Positions 54,761-64,000 of a DNA stretch of 64,000 bases are shown piece after piece (the first letter of the stretch is position 1; each line of letters opens with the position of its first letter). The notes below the pieces were generated by a model. That model was not told the origin of the DNA. It worked only from the letters and a program-made list of their open reading frames with translations, and ran no database searches. Source of the stretch: Dictyostelium discoideum (taxonomy: Eukaryota); contig CM000155.2 of the NCBI GenBank assembly GCA_000004695.1, positions 2,240,001 through 2,304,000 of the forward strand, read 5' to 3'. The position numbers and the translations under genes were made by a program.

Positions 54761-54955
54761 TATAAAATATTTAATATAATTATTTAATTTTTCAATTAAT
54801 AATGGTTGATTCTTTGTTTTTAAAACAAGTTCTAATGGGAAATCATAATAGCTGTATCTGATTAATCTTTGTTCTTTATTATACTCTGAAATATATGAAT
54901 AGATTTTTTTCTTTAAATAAATATTTTTAAAAACCTGACTGAATAATAAATCCAT
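52229..54955 (-). CDS. Member 3 of the paralog family, 908 aa. It has the longest Pro/Thr-rich hypervariable linker (YTPPPTPPTPPTPTPTPTPTPTPTPTLTLTTLAPPTTPTPPPPPPPTPTLTTLAPTTPAPPSSSTKTTTTTTLAPPTATPTLTPTTESEIF) and a long Asn/Lys tract.
   Basis: It is over 80% identical to members 4 and 5 outside the linker and homopolymer regions. The linker is encoded by (ACACCA)n-type repeats, seen on the plus strand as (ggtgtt)n at 53811..54060. Confidence 0.7.
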
Positions 54956-55094
54956 TATATATATATAAAATAATATGTTGCTAGTTAAAAAAAAAAAAAA
55001 AAGAAAAAGAAAAATGAAAAATGAAAAAAAAAGTTTTTATAAATATATTTTTTTTTTTTTTTTTGATAAATTCTCAAAAAAAAAAAAAAACAAA

Positions 55095-55103
55095 ATCCCA
55101 CAA
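55095..55103 (+). promoter_or_regulatory. DUSE-like box (TCCCACAA), about 76-83 bp upstream of the Class I RNA at 55179
   Basis: The sequence caaaatcccacaaccaaaaa is present. The same box recurs at the same distance upstream of the second Class I RNA copy (58089..58096). Confidence 0.4.
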
Positions 55104-55178
55104 CCAAAAATAATAAAATATGTATCACGATATATATTAATAATTATAAAAATAATTAAATGTGCAAAAACACAAATA

Positions 55179-55239
55179 AGTTGACCTTACAGCAATCTTA
55201 ACAATTTTATCACATTATAAAAAAAAACCTCAGTCAACT
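55179..55239 (+). ncRNA. Class I RNA (Dictyostelid-specific small ncRNA), about 61 nt
   Basis: AAGTTGACCTTACAGCAATCTTAACAATTTTATCACATTATAAAAAAAAACCTCAGTCAACTG contains the exact 11 nt Class I motif CCTTACAGCAA, immediately 3' of a 5' stem strand (AGTTGAC). That strand pairs with the 3' end (GTCAACT). This is the published architecture of Class I RNAs. A DUSE-like TCCCACAA box lies upstream. Confidence 0.6.
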
Positions 55240-55608
55240 GTATAAAGTGATAAATTTTTTTAAGTTCCTAACTTCCGAATATTAAGAGAGGTCCGAGGTT
55301 CGAAACTCCGTATAGTAACCAATAAAAGTGACCCAAATGGGGCTCAGCTTAGTTGTAGGCCCACTAAAGCTAAAAACTACAAAAAACAATTTGAATCACC
55401 CAAAAACCAAAAACCAATCAAAAAAAAAAAAAAAAAGATTTAAAAAAAGAATGGAAAAAAAGTTATACATAACTTTTTTTTATTTAAAATTTTAATTTAT
55501 TAAAATTTTCATTAAAAATAGAAATATTATTATAACTAGAATTACGTATCATTGAAAAAGAAAATAAGGCATTGATTTCTGGAAATTTATTTGTTGATGA
55601 TAATGTTC

Positions 55609-57951
55609 TTAATGAACGATTTCCTTTATCTTTAAATGACATATATCCATTAAAAACATTTTAATTAAAATTTTATGAAATACAAATCCTTTACCATTAT
55701 TTTTATCCAATAATTGTTTACTACATAATATTTCATCAATACTATTTTCATATAACGATTTTACTAAATCTTCATCATCGAAACCAAATGATTTGAATTG
55801 GTTATCTGAATCTAAAACAATACCATTAATAACAGCAAAACGAATGATATTTAAAGGAATATTTTTCAAATCCTTTATATTTTCATTATTATTATTAATA
55901 TTATTATCATTATTATTACAATACATAATTTGGTTTGATATTAATTCTCCAATGATAAACTTTGAATCTGATTTTAAAGCTTTACGAATAATTCCATAAT
56001 CAACTTTTTTATTTAAAATTTGAAAGACTGTATGTGATAATGCATCAGAATAAATTGATTTTAAATGTGAATTGATAAACCATTTTCTTGAGATATTATT
56101 ATTATTTTTTGCACTTTTTAAACATTTAATAAATCGATAATTATTAATAAAATCATTTAAAGTAATCTTTTCATTATTCTTAATTGTTAATGAAATAAAA
56201 TTAAAAAGTTTAAAAGAACCATAATCGATACATGAAGCCAAAAATGAAATAATTGAAATTATATTATAATTGTATGGAAAATTACCATTAAATATATTTT
56301 CTATAAAACAATTAAATAATTGTTTATTTCCACTATAAAATGCACTATTAACTTGATCGAAATTGTAATAATTTGGAAAAATACTAAAATGAGCAATCAA
56401 TACTTCAACATTTTCTTCCTTTATTATAATATCAACTAATGATGTTAAAAATGGATATTTATTAAAATTAATTTGCTGTTGCGCTAATAATGAATTATTA
56501 TAATAATTATTAATATTATTATTATTTTGTCGTGCTAAAAATTGTTCAGACTCTATCATTTCTTTATTGATAGTATCAAAATAACAATTTAAAATATATT
56601 GAGAAGTTTCAAATTTAACCTGTTCCCTTTTACCAATGATTCTTAATTGTAAATCACATAGCCATGAGATTTTAATTTCATTTTTCTTTTTTTTTAATAA
56701 TAAAAAATAATTATCACTTAAAAACAATGCAATTTTAGGGTCATATATTATATGATTAGTTGGGCATGTATTGAATTTATCTGTTGTTTCATTGAATAAT
56801 CTTGATTTTAATGCTTCACAAAGTACCTTTACAATTTCTAAATCAAAATTGTTTAAAATAAATTCAAGTGGAAAATTCATTGCTTCTAAAGTTGATTTAC
56901 TTATTCTAATACCTAACAATGTAAAAATTTCTGATTCGGTTGTTGTTGATGTTGCTTTTGTTGCTGTTGTTGGTGGTACAAGTGTTGGTGTTGGTGTTTG
57001 TGTTGGTGTTGGTGTTGGTGTTGGTGGTGTTGGTGGTGTATATTTATATTTATCTAATAATAATTTAAATATATATTGATCTTTAAATTTAGAAATTATA
57101 TCAAATACATTGGTTAATTGCTTATGTATGATTGGTAATTCTTTTGGAAATAATTCTATAATTTGTTTTCCAAATATTTTCGATTGATCTGTAATCATAA
57201 TTTCACATAGATATGTTGTTAATTGAGTAAATGATAAATAAATTTTATATTCATTTATTAAATATTGAAATATTTCTTGTAATTTTATTTCTTCATCATG
57301 ATTCACTTGGATTGTAATTTCAGAACGAATCATTTTTCTTTTTCTTTTTAATTTTCTTGAATGTATTAAACTAAAAACTGAATTGATATTGATTGACTCA
57401 GTTTCGAGTAATTGATTATTTATTATATATTTGAGTTTATCTAAATCTCCATTACTGATTAAATTAATATGGTGTTGTATTTTTTCTTTTCCATCTTTAT
57501 TTATTTTTTTAATTTTTCCAATTATTTCTTCAATTTCTTTTTTAAATGTTTGAAAAATAAGTTCAAATAATTCTAATGATAATTCACCCCATTTATATAA
57601 TAGTTTTAAACATTGTTCATTAAATGTTAAAAAATGTTTACTATTTAATATTGATATTTCTGAATACTGATTATTATCGTTATTATTATTATTTTTATTA
57701 TTACTATTATTATTATTTTTTTTTTTATTACTATTATTTTTATTATTATTATTATTTTTAAAATATTTATTAAAATTATTTAATTTTTCAATTAATAATG
57801 GTTGATTCTTTGTTTTTAAAACGAGTTCTAATGGGAAATCATAATAGTTATATCTGATTAATCTTTGTTCTTTATTATACTCTGAAATATATGAATAGAT
57901 TTTTTTCTTTAAATAAATATTTTTAAAAACCTGACTGAATAATAAATCCAT
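55609..57951 (-). CDS. Member 4 of the paralog family, 780 aa as read. It has an apparent 1 bp deletion in a poly-A run near the 3' end, which truncates and alters the last roughly 45 residues relative to members 3 and 5. It has a short PT linker (YTPPTPPTPTPTPTQTPTPTLVPPTTATKATSTTTESEIF).
   Basis: The DNA downstream of the stop (55475..55608) still matches the C-terminal coding sequence of members 3 and 5 (…ccattaaaaacattttaattaaaatt versus …ccattaaaaaacaatttaattaaaatt). This indicates a frameshift, which is either a pseudogenising mutation or a homopolymer sequencing error. Confidence 0.6.
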   Translation of the reverse strand: MDLLFSQVFKNIYLKKKIYSYISEYNKEQRLIRYNYYDFPLELVLKTKNQPLLIEKLNNFNKYFKNNNNNKNNSNKKKNNNNSNNKNNNNNDNNQYSEISILNSKHFLTFNEQCLKLLYKWGELSLELFELIFQTFKKEIEEIIGKIKKINKDGKEKIQHHINLISNGDLDKLKYIINNQLLETESININSVFSLIHSRKLKRKRKMIRSEITIQVNHDEEIKLQEIFQYLINEYKIYLSFTQLTTYLCEIMITDQSKIFGKQIIELFPKELPIIHKQLTNVFDIISKFKDQYIFKLLLDKYKYTPPTPPTPTPTPTQTPTPTLVPPTTATKATSTTTESEIFTLLGIRISKSTLEAMNFPLEFILNNFDLEIVKVLCEALKSRLFNETTDKFNTCPTNHIIYDPKIALFLSDNYFLLLKKKKNEIKISWLCDLQLRIIGKREQVKFETSQYILNCYFDTINKEMIESEQFLARQNNNNINNYYNNSLLAQQQINFNKYPFLTSLVDIIIKEENVEVLIAHFSIFPNYYNFDQVNSAFYSGNKQLFNCFIENIFNGNFPYNYNIISIISFLASCIDYGSFKLFNFISLTIKNNEKITLNDFINNYRFIKCLKSAKNNNNISRKWFINSHLKSIYSDALSHTVFQILNKKVDYGIIRKALKSDSKFIIGELISNQIMYCNNNDNNINNNNENIKDLKNIPLNIIRFAVINGIVLDSDNQFKSFGFDDEDLVKSLYENSIDEILCSKQLLDKNNGKGFVFHKILIKMFLMDICHLKIKEIVH

Positions 57952-58088
57952 TTAATATATTAATAGGTTGTTAATCAAAATAAAAGAAAAAAAAAAGAAA
58001 AAGAAAAAAAAAGTTTTTTTAATTTTTTTTTTTTTTTTTTGATAAATTCTCAAAAAAAAAAAAAAAATAAAAAAAAGAGGAAAGAAAA

Positions 58089-58096
58089 TCCCACAA
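58089..58096 (+). promoter_or_regulatory. DUSE-like box (TCCCACAA) upstream of the Class I RNA at 58171
   Basis: The sequence gaaaatcccacaaccaaaaa is present at the same spacing, about 75-82 bp, as in the first copy. Confidence 0.4.
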
Positions 58097-58170
58097 CCAA
58101 AAATTATAAATATTTATCAGGATATATATTAATTATTTTAAAAATAATTAAATGTGCAAAAACACAAATA

Positions 58171-58229
58171 AGTTGACCTTACAGCAATCTTAACAAAATT
58201 TTTTCTGAATAAAAAAACCTAAGTCAACT
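58171..58229 (+). ncRNA. Class I RNA, second copy, about 59 nt
   Basis: AGTTGACCTTACAGCAATCTTAACAAAATTTTTTCTGAATAAAAAAACCTAAGTCAACT has the same motif and terminal stem, with the internal loop region diverged. A 3'-end fragment (aaaacctaagtcaactgtatc) is duplicated again at about 58321..58341. Confidence 0.6.
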
Positions 58230-58559
58230 GTATCTTTTATAAAATTTTTTCTAAAACCTAAGTCTTTTTTTTTTGAATTGGATAACGCAATTATTATTTG
58301 CTTCTCCTTGAGGTTATTCTAAAACCTAAGTCAACTGTATCTTTATAAAATTTTTTAAGGTTCGAACTCCCAAGCTAAAGATGTCCTAGGTTCGAAACTC
58401 GGTCACGAATCAAATTAATGTGACCCAAAATGGGGCTCACCTTGTTGTAGTCTTACTAAAGCTAAAAACAATCAAACCACCCAAAAACAGTAAAAAACTA
58501 AAAACCAACCAACATTCAAATTTAAAAAAGAATGGAAAAAAGTTATATATAAATATATT

Positions 58560-58982
58560 TTAAAATTTTAATTTATTAAAATCTTCATTAAAAATAGTAA
58601 TATTGTTATAATTAGCATTACGTATCATTGAAAAAGAAATTAATGCATTGATTTCTGGAAATTTATTTGTTGATGATAATGTTCTTAATAAACGATTTCC
58701 TTTAACTTTAAATGACATATATCCATTAAAAAACAATTTAATTAAAATTCTATGAAATACAAATCCTCTACCATTATTTTTATCCAATAATGGTCTACTA
58801 CATAATATTTCATTGATACTATTTTCATAAAATGATTTTACCAAATTTTCATCATCGAAACCAAATGATTTGAATTGAATATCTGAATCTAAAACAATAC
58901 CATTAATAACAGCAAAACGAATGATATTTAAAGGAATATTTTTCAAATCCATTTTATTTTCATTATTATTTTCATTATTGTA

Positions 58983-59072
<90 letters not shown>

Positions 59073-61019
59073 ATATATAATTTGGTTTGATGTTAATTCT
59101 CTAATGATAAACTTTGAATCTGATTTTAAAGCTTTATGAGTAATTCTATAATCGACTTTTTTGTTTAAAATTTGAAAGACAGTATGTGATAATGCATCAA
59201 AATAAAATGATTTTAAATGTGAATTGATAAACCATTTTCTTGAGATATTATTATTACTTTTAACACTTTTTAAACATTCAATAAATTGATAATTACTAAT
59301 AAAATATTCTATACTAATATTTTCATTATTCTTTATTGTTAATGAAATAAAATTAAAAAGTTTGAAAGAACCATAATCGATACATGAAGCCAAAAATGAA
59401 ATAATTGAAAATATATTATAATTGTATGGAAAATTACCATTAAATATATTTTCTATAAAACAATTAAATAATTGTTTATTTCCACTATAAAATGCATTAT
59501 TAACTTGATTGAAATTGTAATAATTTGGAAAAATATTAAAATAAGCAATCAATGCTCCAACATCTTCTTCCATTACTATAATATCAACAAATGATGTTAA
59601 AAATGAATAATTATTATTATAATAATTATTATGCTGTTGTGCTAAAAATTGTTCAGACTCTATCATTTCTTTATTGATAAAATCAAAATAACAATTTGCA
59701 ATATATTGAGAAGTTTCAAATTTAACCTGTTCCCTTTTACCAACGATTCTTAATCGTAAATCACATAGCCATGAGATTTTAATTTCGTTTTTCTTTTTTT
59801 TTAATAATAAAAAATAATTATCACTTAAAAACAATGCAATTTTAGGGTCATATATTATTTGAATAGTTGAATTTGTATTAAATTTATCTGTTGTTTCATT
59901 GAGTAATCTTGATTTTAATGCTTCGCAAAGTACCTTTACAATTTCTAAATCAAAATTGTTTAAAATAAATTCAAGTGGGAAATTCATTGCTTCTAAAGTT
60001 GATTTACTTATTCTAATACCTAACAATGTAAAAATTTCTGATTCGGTTGTTGTTGGTGTTGGTGTTGGTGTTGGTGTTGGTTTTTTTGTTGGTGTTTGTG
60101 GTGGTACAAGTGTTGGTGTTGGTGTTGGTGGTGGTGTTGGTGGTGTTGGTGGTGGTGTATATTTATATTTATCTAATAATAATTTAAATATAAATTGGTC
60201 TTTGTATTTAGAAATTATTTGAAATACATTGGTTAATTGATTATGTATAATTGGTAATTCTTTTGGAAATAATTCTATAATTTGTTTTCCAAATATTTTC
60301 GATTGATCTTTAATCATAATTTCACATAAATATGTTGTTAATTGAGTGAATGATAAATCAATTTTTGATTCTTTTATTAAATATTGAAATATTTCTTGTA
60401 ATTTTATTTCTTCATCATGATGATCATGATTCACTTGGATTGTAATTTCAGAACGAATCATTTTTCTTTTTCTTTTTAATTTTCTTGAATGTATTAAACT
60501 AAAAACTGAATTGAAGTTGATTGATTCAGTTTCGAGTAATTGATTATCTATTATATATTTGAGTTTATCTAAATCTCCATTACTGATTAAATTAATATGG
60601 TGTTGTATTTTTTCTTTTCTATATTTATTTATTTTTTTAATTTTTCCAATTAATTTCTCAATTTCTTTTTTAAATGTTTGAAAAATAAGTTCAAATAATT
60701 CTAATGGTAATTCACTCCATTTATATAATAGTTTTAAACATTGTTCATTAAATGTTAAAAAATGTTTACTATTTAATATTGATATTTCTGAATACTGATT
60801 ATTATTATTATTAATATTATTATTTTTAAAATATTTATTATAATTATTTAATTTTTCAATTAATAATGGTTGATTCTTTGTTTTTAAAACGAGTTCTAAT
60901 GGGAAATCATAATAGTTATATCTGATAGATCTCTGTTCTTTATTATACTCTGAAATATATGAATAGATTTTTTTCTTTAAATAAATATTTTTAAAAACCT
61001 GACTGAATAATAAATCCAT
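58560..61019 (-). CDS. Member 5 of the paralog family, 819 aa. Its PT linker reads YTPPPTPPTPPPTPTPTLVPPQTPTKKPTPTPTPTPTTTESEIF, and it has an N30 tract.
   Basis: Outside the linker it is near-identical to members 3 and 4 in sequence and domain order. The full C-terminus is intact (…LRTLSSTNKFPEINALISFSMIRNANYNNITIFNEDFNKLKF*). Confidence 0.7.
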
Positions 61020-61095
61020 ATTATATATAAAAAAAAAAAAGAAAAAGAAGTTTTTTTTTTTTTTACAAATTGTTGTAGGGAATTTTCAATAAAAT

Positions 61096-61153
61096 TTCAC
61101 TACAGTAGCGTAGTGAATTTTATTATTTAATTTCACTACAGTAGCGTAGTGAA
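61096..61153. promoter_or_regulatory. Two tandem copies, 36 bp apart, of a 22 nt perfect hairpin palindrome ttcactac-agtagc-gtagtgaa. They lie about 75-130 bp upstream of the member-5 start codon.
   Basis: The rc of ttcactac is gtagtgaa, giving an 8 bp stem and a 6 nt loop. The copies are at 61096..61117 and 61132..61153. The element is not present upstream of the other paralogs. Confidence 0.3.
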
Positions 61154-61580
61154 AAAAAAAAATCACTGACCCTAAATTTTTTTTTTTTTCAAAAAACAAA
61201 TAAAGTTTATTAAATTATTATCTTTTATTTGAATATTAGCTCTATTTAAGGTTTTTTAATTTTTTTTTTTTAATTTAATTTTTTTTTTTTTTAATTTAAT
61301 TTTTTTTTTTTTTTTTGCGCCAAAATTTTTTTTTTTTTTCCCCAACAAAACTTTTTTTTTTTTTTTTTTTTTTTTTATTTTCATTTTCCCAAAATGAAAC
61401 AAGATAAATTATTTAAAATTTATTGAAGATAATAATTTTGAAAATACTAAACATAAAAATTATAAATTTTTACATGATGAGTAAATATTTTTCCTTACCA
61501 TAACACAATCATTTTTTAAATTCTGACCAATAAAAAACAGAAACAGAAAAGAAAAATTATTTAGAATTGAAAAAAAAGTC

Positions 61581-62424
61581 ATGAATTGTGGCGGAGATAG
61601 AAATATATCAAAAGAAGTGTGTTTAGAAGTAATTAATGATTATAGAATGGTATCACTCTGGGAAGAAATGCATAAAGGTCATATAGGAAGAGATGCAACC
61701 TATGGGAACTACAAGACTAAATATTATAATATGGGATTGTATTCTTTTGTATCTGATGCAGTAGATACGTGTGACATTTGCCAACGAAATAGAATAAAAG
61801 GTTTGGTATCAATCATTTTTTATATGATGTTTTGTAACTTTTATATTAAAACTCTGTGAAAGTATGGCACTGCGATAATGGACGTGAATTTAAAAACAAA
61901 GTCCAAAAAGAATTCCTAAAACTTTTTCCAGGCTCCAAGTCAGCACATGGAGCTCCTCGTACACCAACAACTCAAGGTATGGTAGAAAGATTGAATCGAA
62001 CTATCAAGGAGAGGATCTCAAAATTAAAACAACAAGAGTATGATATTGTGAACAATATAAATTATCGATATGTTTATTAATTAATCATTTATAAATAAAT
62101 TTTAGTTTTCTTGATGGTACTTCTAGGTCTCTTTCTGAACTATTAAAACAAGCTTTGTATGATTACAATAATACAAAAACAAGAACAATTAAAATGACAC
62201 CATCTCAAGCTGTTGGTATTGTTCCTTTGTTTATTAATGTTCAATCAGAACAAGACTCTCAATCAATTGGTGTTTCAGATGTTTCAAAAGAAGAAAGAAC
62301 AGCTATTATTCTTGAAAATCTCACAAGTTACCAAAATCAATGGAATTCAAAACCACCAAAGGGATTGAAAGTTGGTGATACTGTACTCTTTCTAGAAATT
62401 AAAAAAAATAATGTAAGTAATTAA
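61581..62424 (+). mobile_element. Degenerate internally deleted remnant of a Ty3/gypsy-type LTR retrotransposon integrase (skipper/DGLT-A-like)
   Basis: Three consecutive ORF fragments lie in pol order. The first has an HHCC zinc finger (HKGHIGRDATY...CDICQRNR). The second has the distal catalytic core (WHCDNGREFKN...GAPRTPTTQGMVERLNRTIKE). The third has the C-terminal region (YNNTKTRTIKMTPSQAVG). They are separated by stops and frameshifts. The first two-thirds of the D,D(35)E core is missing. GC content is locally elevated. The remnant abuts an assembly gap. Confidence 0.6.
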
Positions 62425-62702
62425 AACATAAAGATTAATAATATATGAAACAGTAATAATTATCAAATTTTATATTTAATTCTAATAGATAATATTGATT
62501 TTAGGTATAATAATAAGGGGGTTCTGGAAGACACTATACTGCTCTATAAACTTGAGTTTTTGGAAGACGGACTAATCGCCTGAATACAAGGTCATACTCT
62601 GTGTTGGNGAAGGGAACAAACCATGGATGTTTATAACATGCGAACTTGATATTGTTAGAGCATTGTCCTCATACATGAAGATACNGACTCTTTTACTTCT
62701 GG

Positions 62703-62802
62703 NNNNNNNNNNNNNNNNNNNNNNNNNNNNNNNNNNNNNNNNNNNNNNNNNNNNNNNNNNNNNNNNNNNNNNNNNNNNNNNNNNNNNNNNNNNNNNNNNN
62801 NN
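62703..62802. other. Assembly gap (100 N)
   Basis: There is a run of n characters. Isolated n also occur at 35993, 62588 and 62685. Confidence 0.95.
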
Positions 62803-63151
62803 TATTAAAAGTTTCAAAATCTAATTCCTTCCAAACTAGTAATGATTTTAAACATTCTTTATTAAAATCTAAATAATATTTGGTAATGATACTACTACTG
62901 CTAATGACTTCATCATCATTTGATTCACCTTTGATTATATATTTATTATAAAATTTAATTTTCTCTAATAGTAATATTTGATTTCTACTCTTTATTACCA
63001 TCTCTAATGGGAATTCGTAAAAATTATATGTTAAATATAATAAACTCTCATTATATTGTCTAATAAATTTAAATATAATATTATTTAAATAATTATTTTT
63101 AAAAACACTAAAAAATAATGTATCCATTGAAAAATGTAAAAAAAAATGCAA
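62803..63151 (-). CDS. N-terminal fragment of a sixth paralog-family member (MHFFLHFSMDTLFFSVFKNNYLNNIIFKFIRQYNESLLYLTYNFYEFPLEMVIKSRNQILLLEKIKFYNKYI...), truncated by the assembly gap
   Basis: The family N-terminal domain is recognisable. The ORF runs into the N block. Confidence 0.4.
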
Positions 63152-63390
63152 AAAATAAAATAATGATGTGTTTTTTCTCCCAAAAATAATAATAATAAAA
63201 AAAAAAAAATTTAAAAATCTTGCAAATATCCAATTAAAAAAAAAAAAAAATTTTTTTTTTATTTTAAAATCTATACTTTTTTAGATAAATAAAGAGTACT
63301 TATAATAATAATACTCTTTATTCTTCAAAATAAAAAAAATGAACGATAAATAATTTAATTGTAAAAATAAACTTTTTGGTTGAAAAAAAA

Positions 63391-64000
63391 TTATTTAAAT
63401 AAAAATGGTTTAAAAACTTTTATTCTTTTTAATCTATCAATATAAATAATTCTATCTTGGTAATTTAATTTTGAAATAACAGAAATTAAATATGATTGAT
63501 ATGTTAAATAAATTCGATAATTAATTTCTTGACTATTATTTTTGAAGAAATTTGAATTATTAGCAACTTCTAATAAATAATTAAATGGATAATCATTTTC
63601 TAAAAGTGATGAAAATAGTAATAATAAATGTAATTGTTTTTTATAGATAACCATTGATGTAAACTGTTTATTATTATTATATTTTGAAAGTAATTTTGGA
63701 ATTATTAAATTGAAAATATTAAATTCATCAATTTCATTACATTCACTAAAATATTTGATAACGTTCATGTCTAGCTCTAATAATAAAGTTTGATAAATCT
63801 CATCAGAGTATTGATTAATTAATAATTCCAATGATTGATAATCGTTTAAAGCAAGTAGACATTTTTTAATTGATAATTTTGAAAAGAATATATATCCATC
63901 AAATTTTATTAAAAACTTTAATTGATTAATTCCAATATATTCACAATCTTTTGAAAAATCCCACCTCAACTGTTCATTTGAAAAAAGTTGGATATTTTGA
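63391..64000 (-). CDS. C-terminal part of a further family-like gene. The ORF runs off the window end.
   Basis: The 192 aa ORF is open to the window edge. Its composition and length (NYQDRIIYIDRLKRIKVFKPF) resemble the C-terminal regions of the paralog family. The similarity is weak. Confidence 0.3.
   Translation of the reverse strand, partial: QNIQLFSNEQLRWDFSKDCEYIGINQLKFLIKFDGYIFFSKLSIKKCLLALNDYQSLELLINQYSDEIYQTLLLELDMNVIKYFSECNEIDEFNIFNLIIPKLLSKYNNNKQFTSMVIYKKQLHLLLLFSSLLENDYPFNYLLEVANNSNFFKNNSQEINYRIYLTYQSYLISVISKLNYQDRIIYIDRLKRIKVFKPFLFK

Overview
This 64 kb window is eukaryotic nuclear DNA with the hallmarks of Dictyostelium discoideum (social amoeba). It is about 75-80% A+T, with long homopolymer A/T tracts between compact genes. 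Introns are short (about 80-260 bp, GTAAGT/GTATGT...AG) and often carry (AAT)n or (ATA)n microsatellites. Several proteins contain poly-Asn coding tracts. There are no prokaryotic operons, CRISPR arrays or defence systems.

The first ~46 kb is a dense run of recognisable genes, most with introns I could place by hand from the ORF track plus conserved-protein alignment: GH3 lysosomal beta-glucosidase (gluA-like, 821 aa), dynein light intermediate chain, CluA (1320 aa), a small coiled-coil protein, DPH4 (J-domain plus CSL zinc finger), ISWI (1221 aa), tRNA-Cys(GCA), a decaying tandem cluster of ubiquitin-like genes that end in RGGN, a PA14/Cys-rich (Psi-family-like) membrane protein, a phosducin-like protein, a pair of 290 bp direct repeats flanking a degenerate eIF4A-like DEAD-box-domain-only gene, a GH47 alpha-1,2-mannosidase, a PTEN-like phosphatase, a universal stress protein, the arrestin-FYVE protein AdcA (580 aa), an ankyrin-repeat protein with an uninterrupted run of about 68 Asn, an NDK-like protein, a 767 aa possibly mitochondrial protein, and tRNA-Gln(UUG).

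The last ~18 kb (46.3-64 kb) is the most unusual part. It holds a head-to-tail tandem array of at least six minus-strand paralogs of a lineage-specific gene family. They share a conserved N-terminal domain, and three copies carry a hypervariable Pro/Thr linker. The spacers contain two Class I ncRNA genes (CCTTACAGCAA motif, 5'/3' stem, upstream DUSE-like TCCCACAA box), conserved tRNA-like sequence blocks, a MITE-like 27 bp inverted repeat, tandem hairpin palindromes, a deleted Ty3/gypsy (skipper-like) integrase remnant and a 100 N assembly gap.

All coordinates were derived by manual reading and may be off by a few bases at splice sites.
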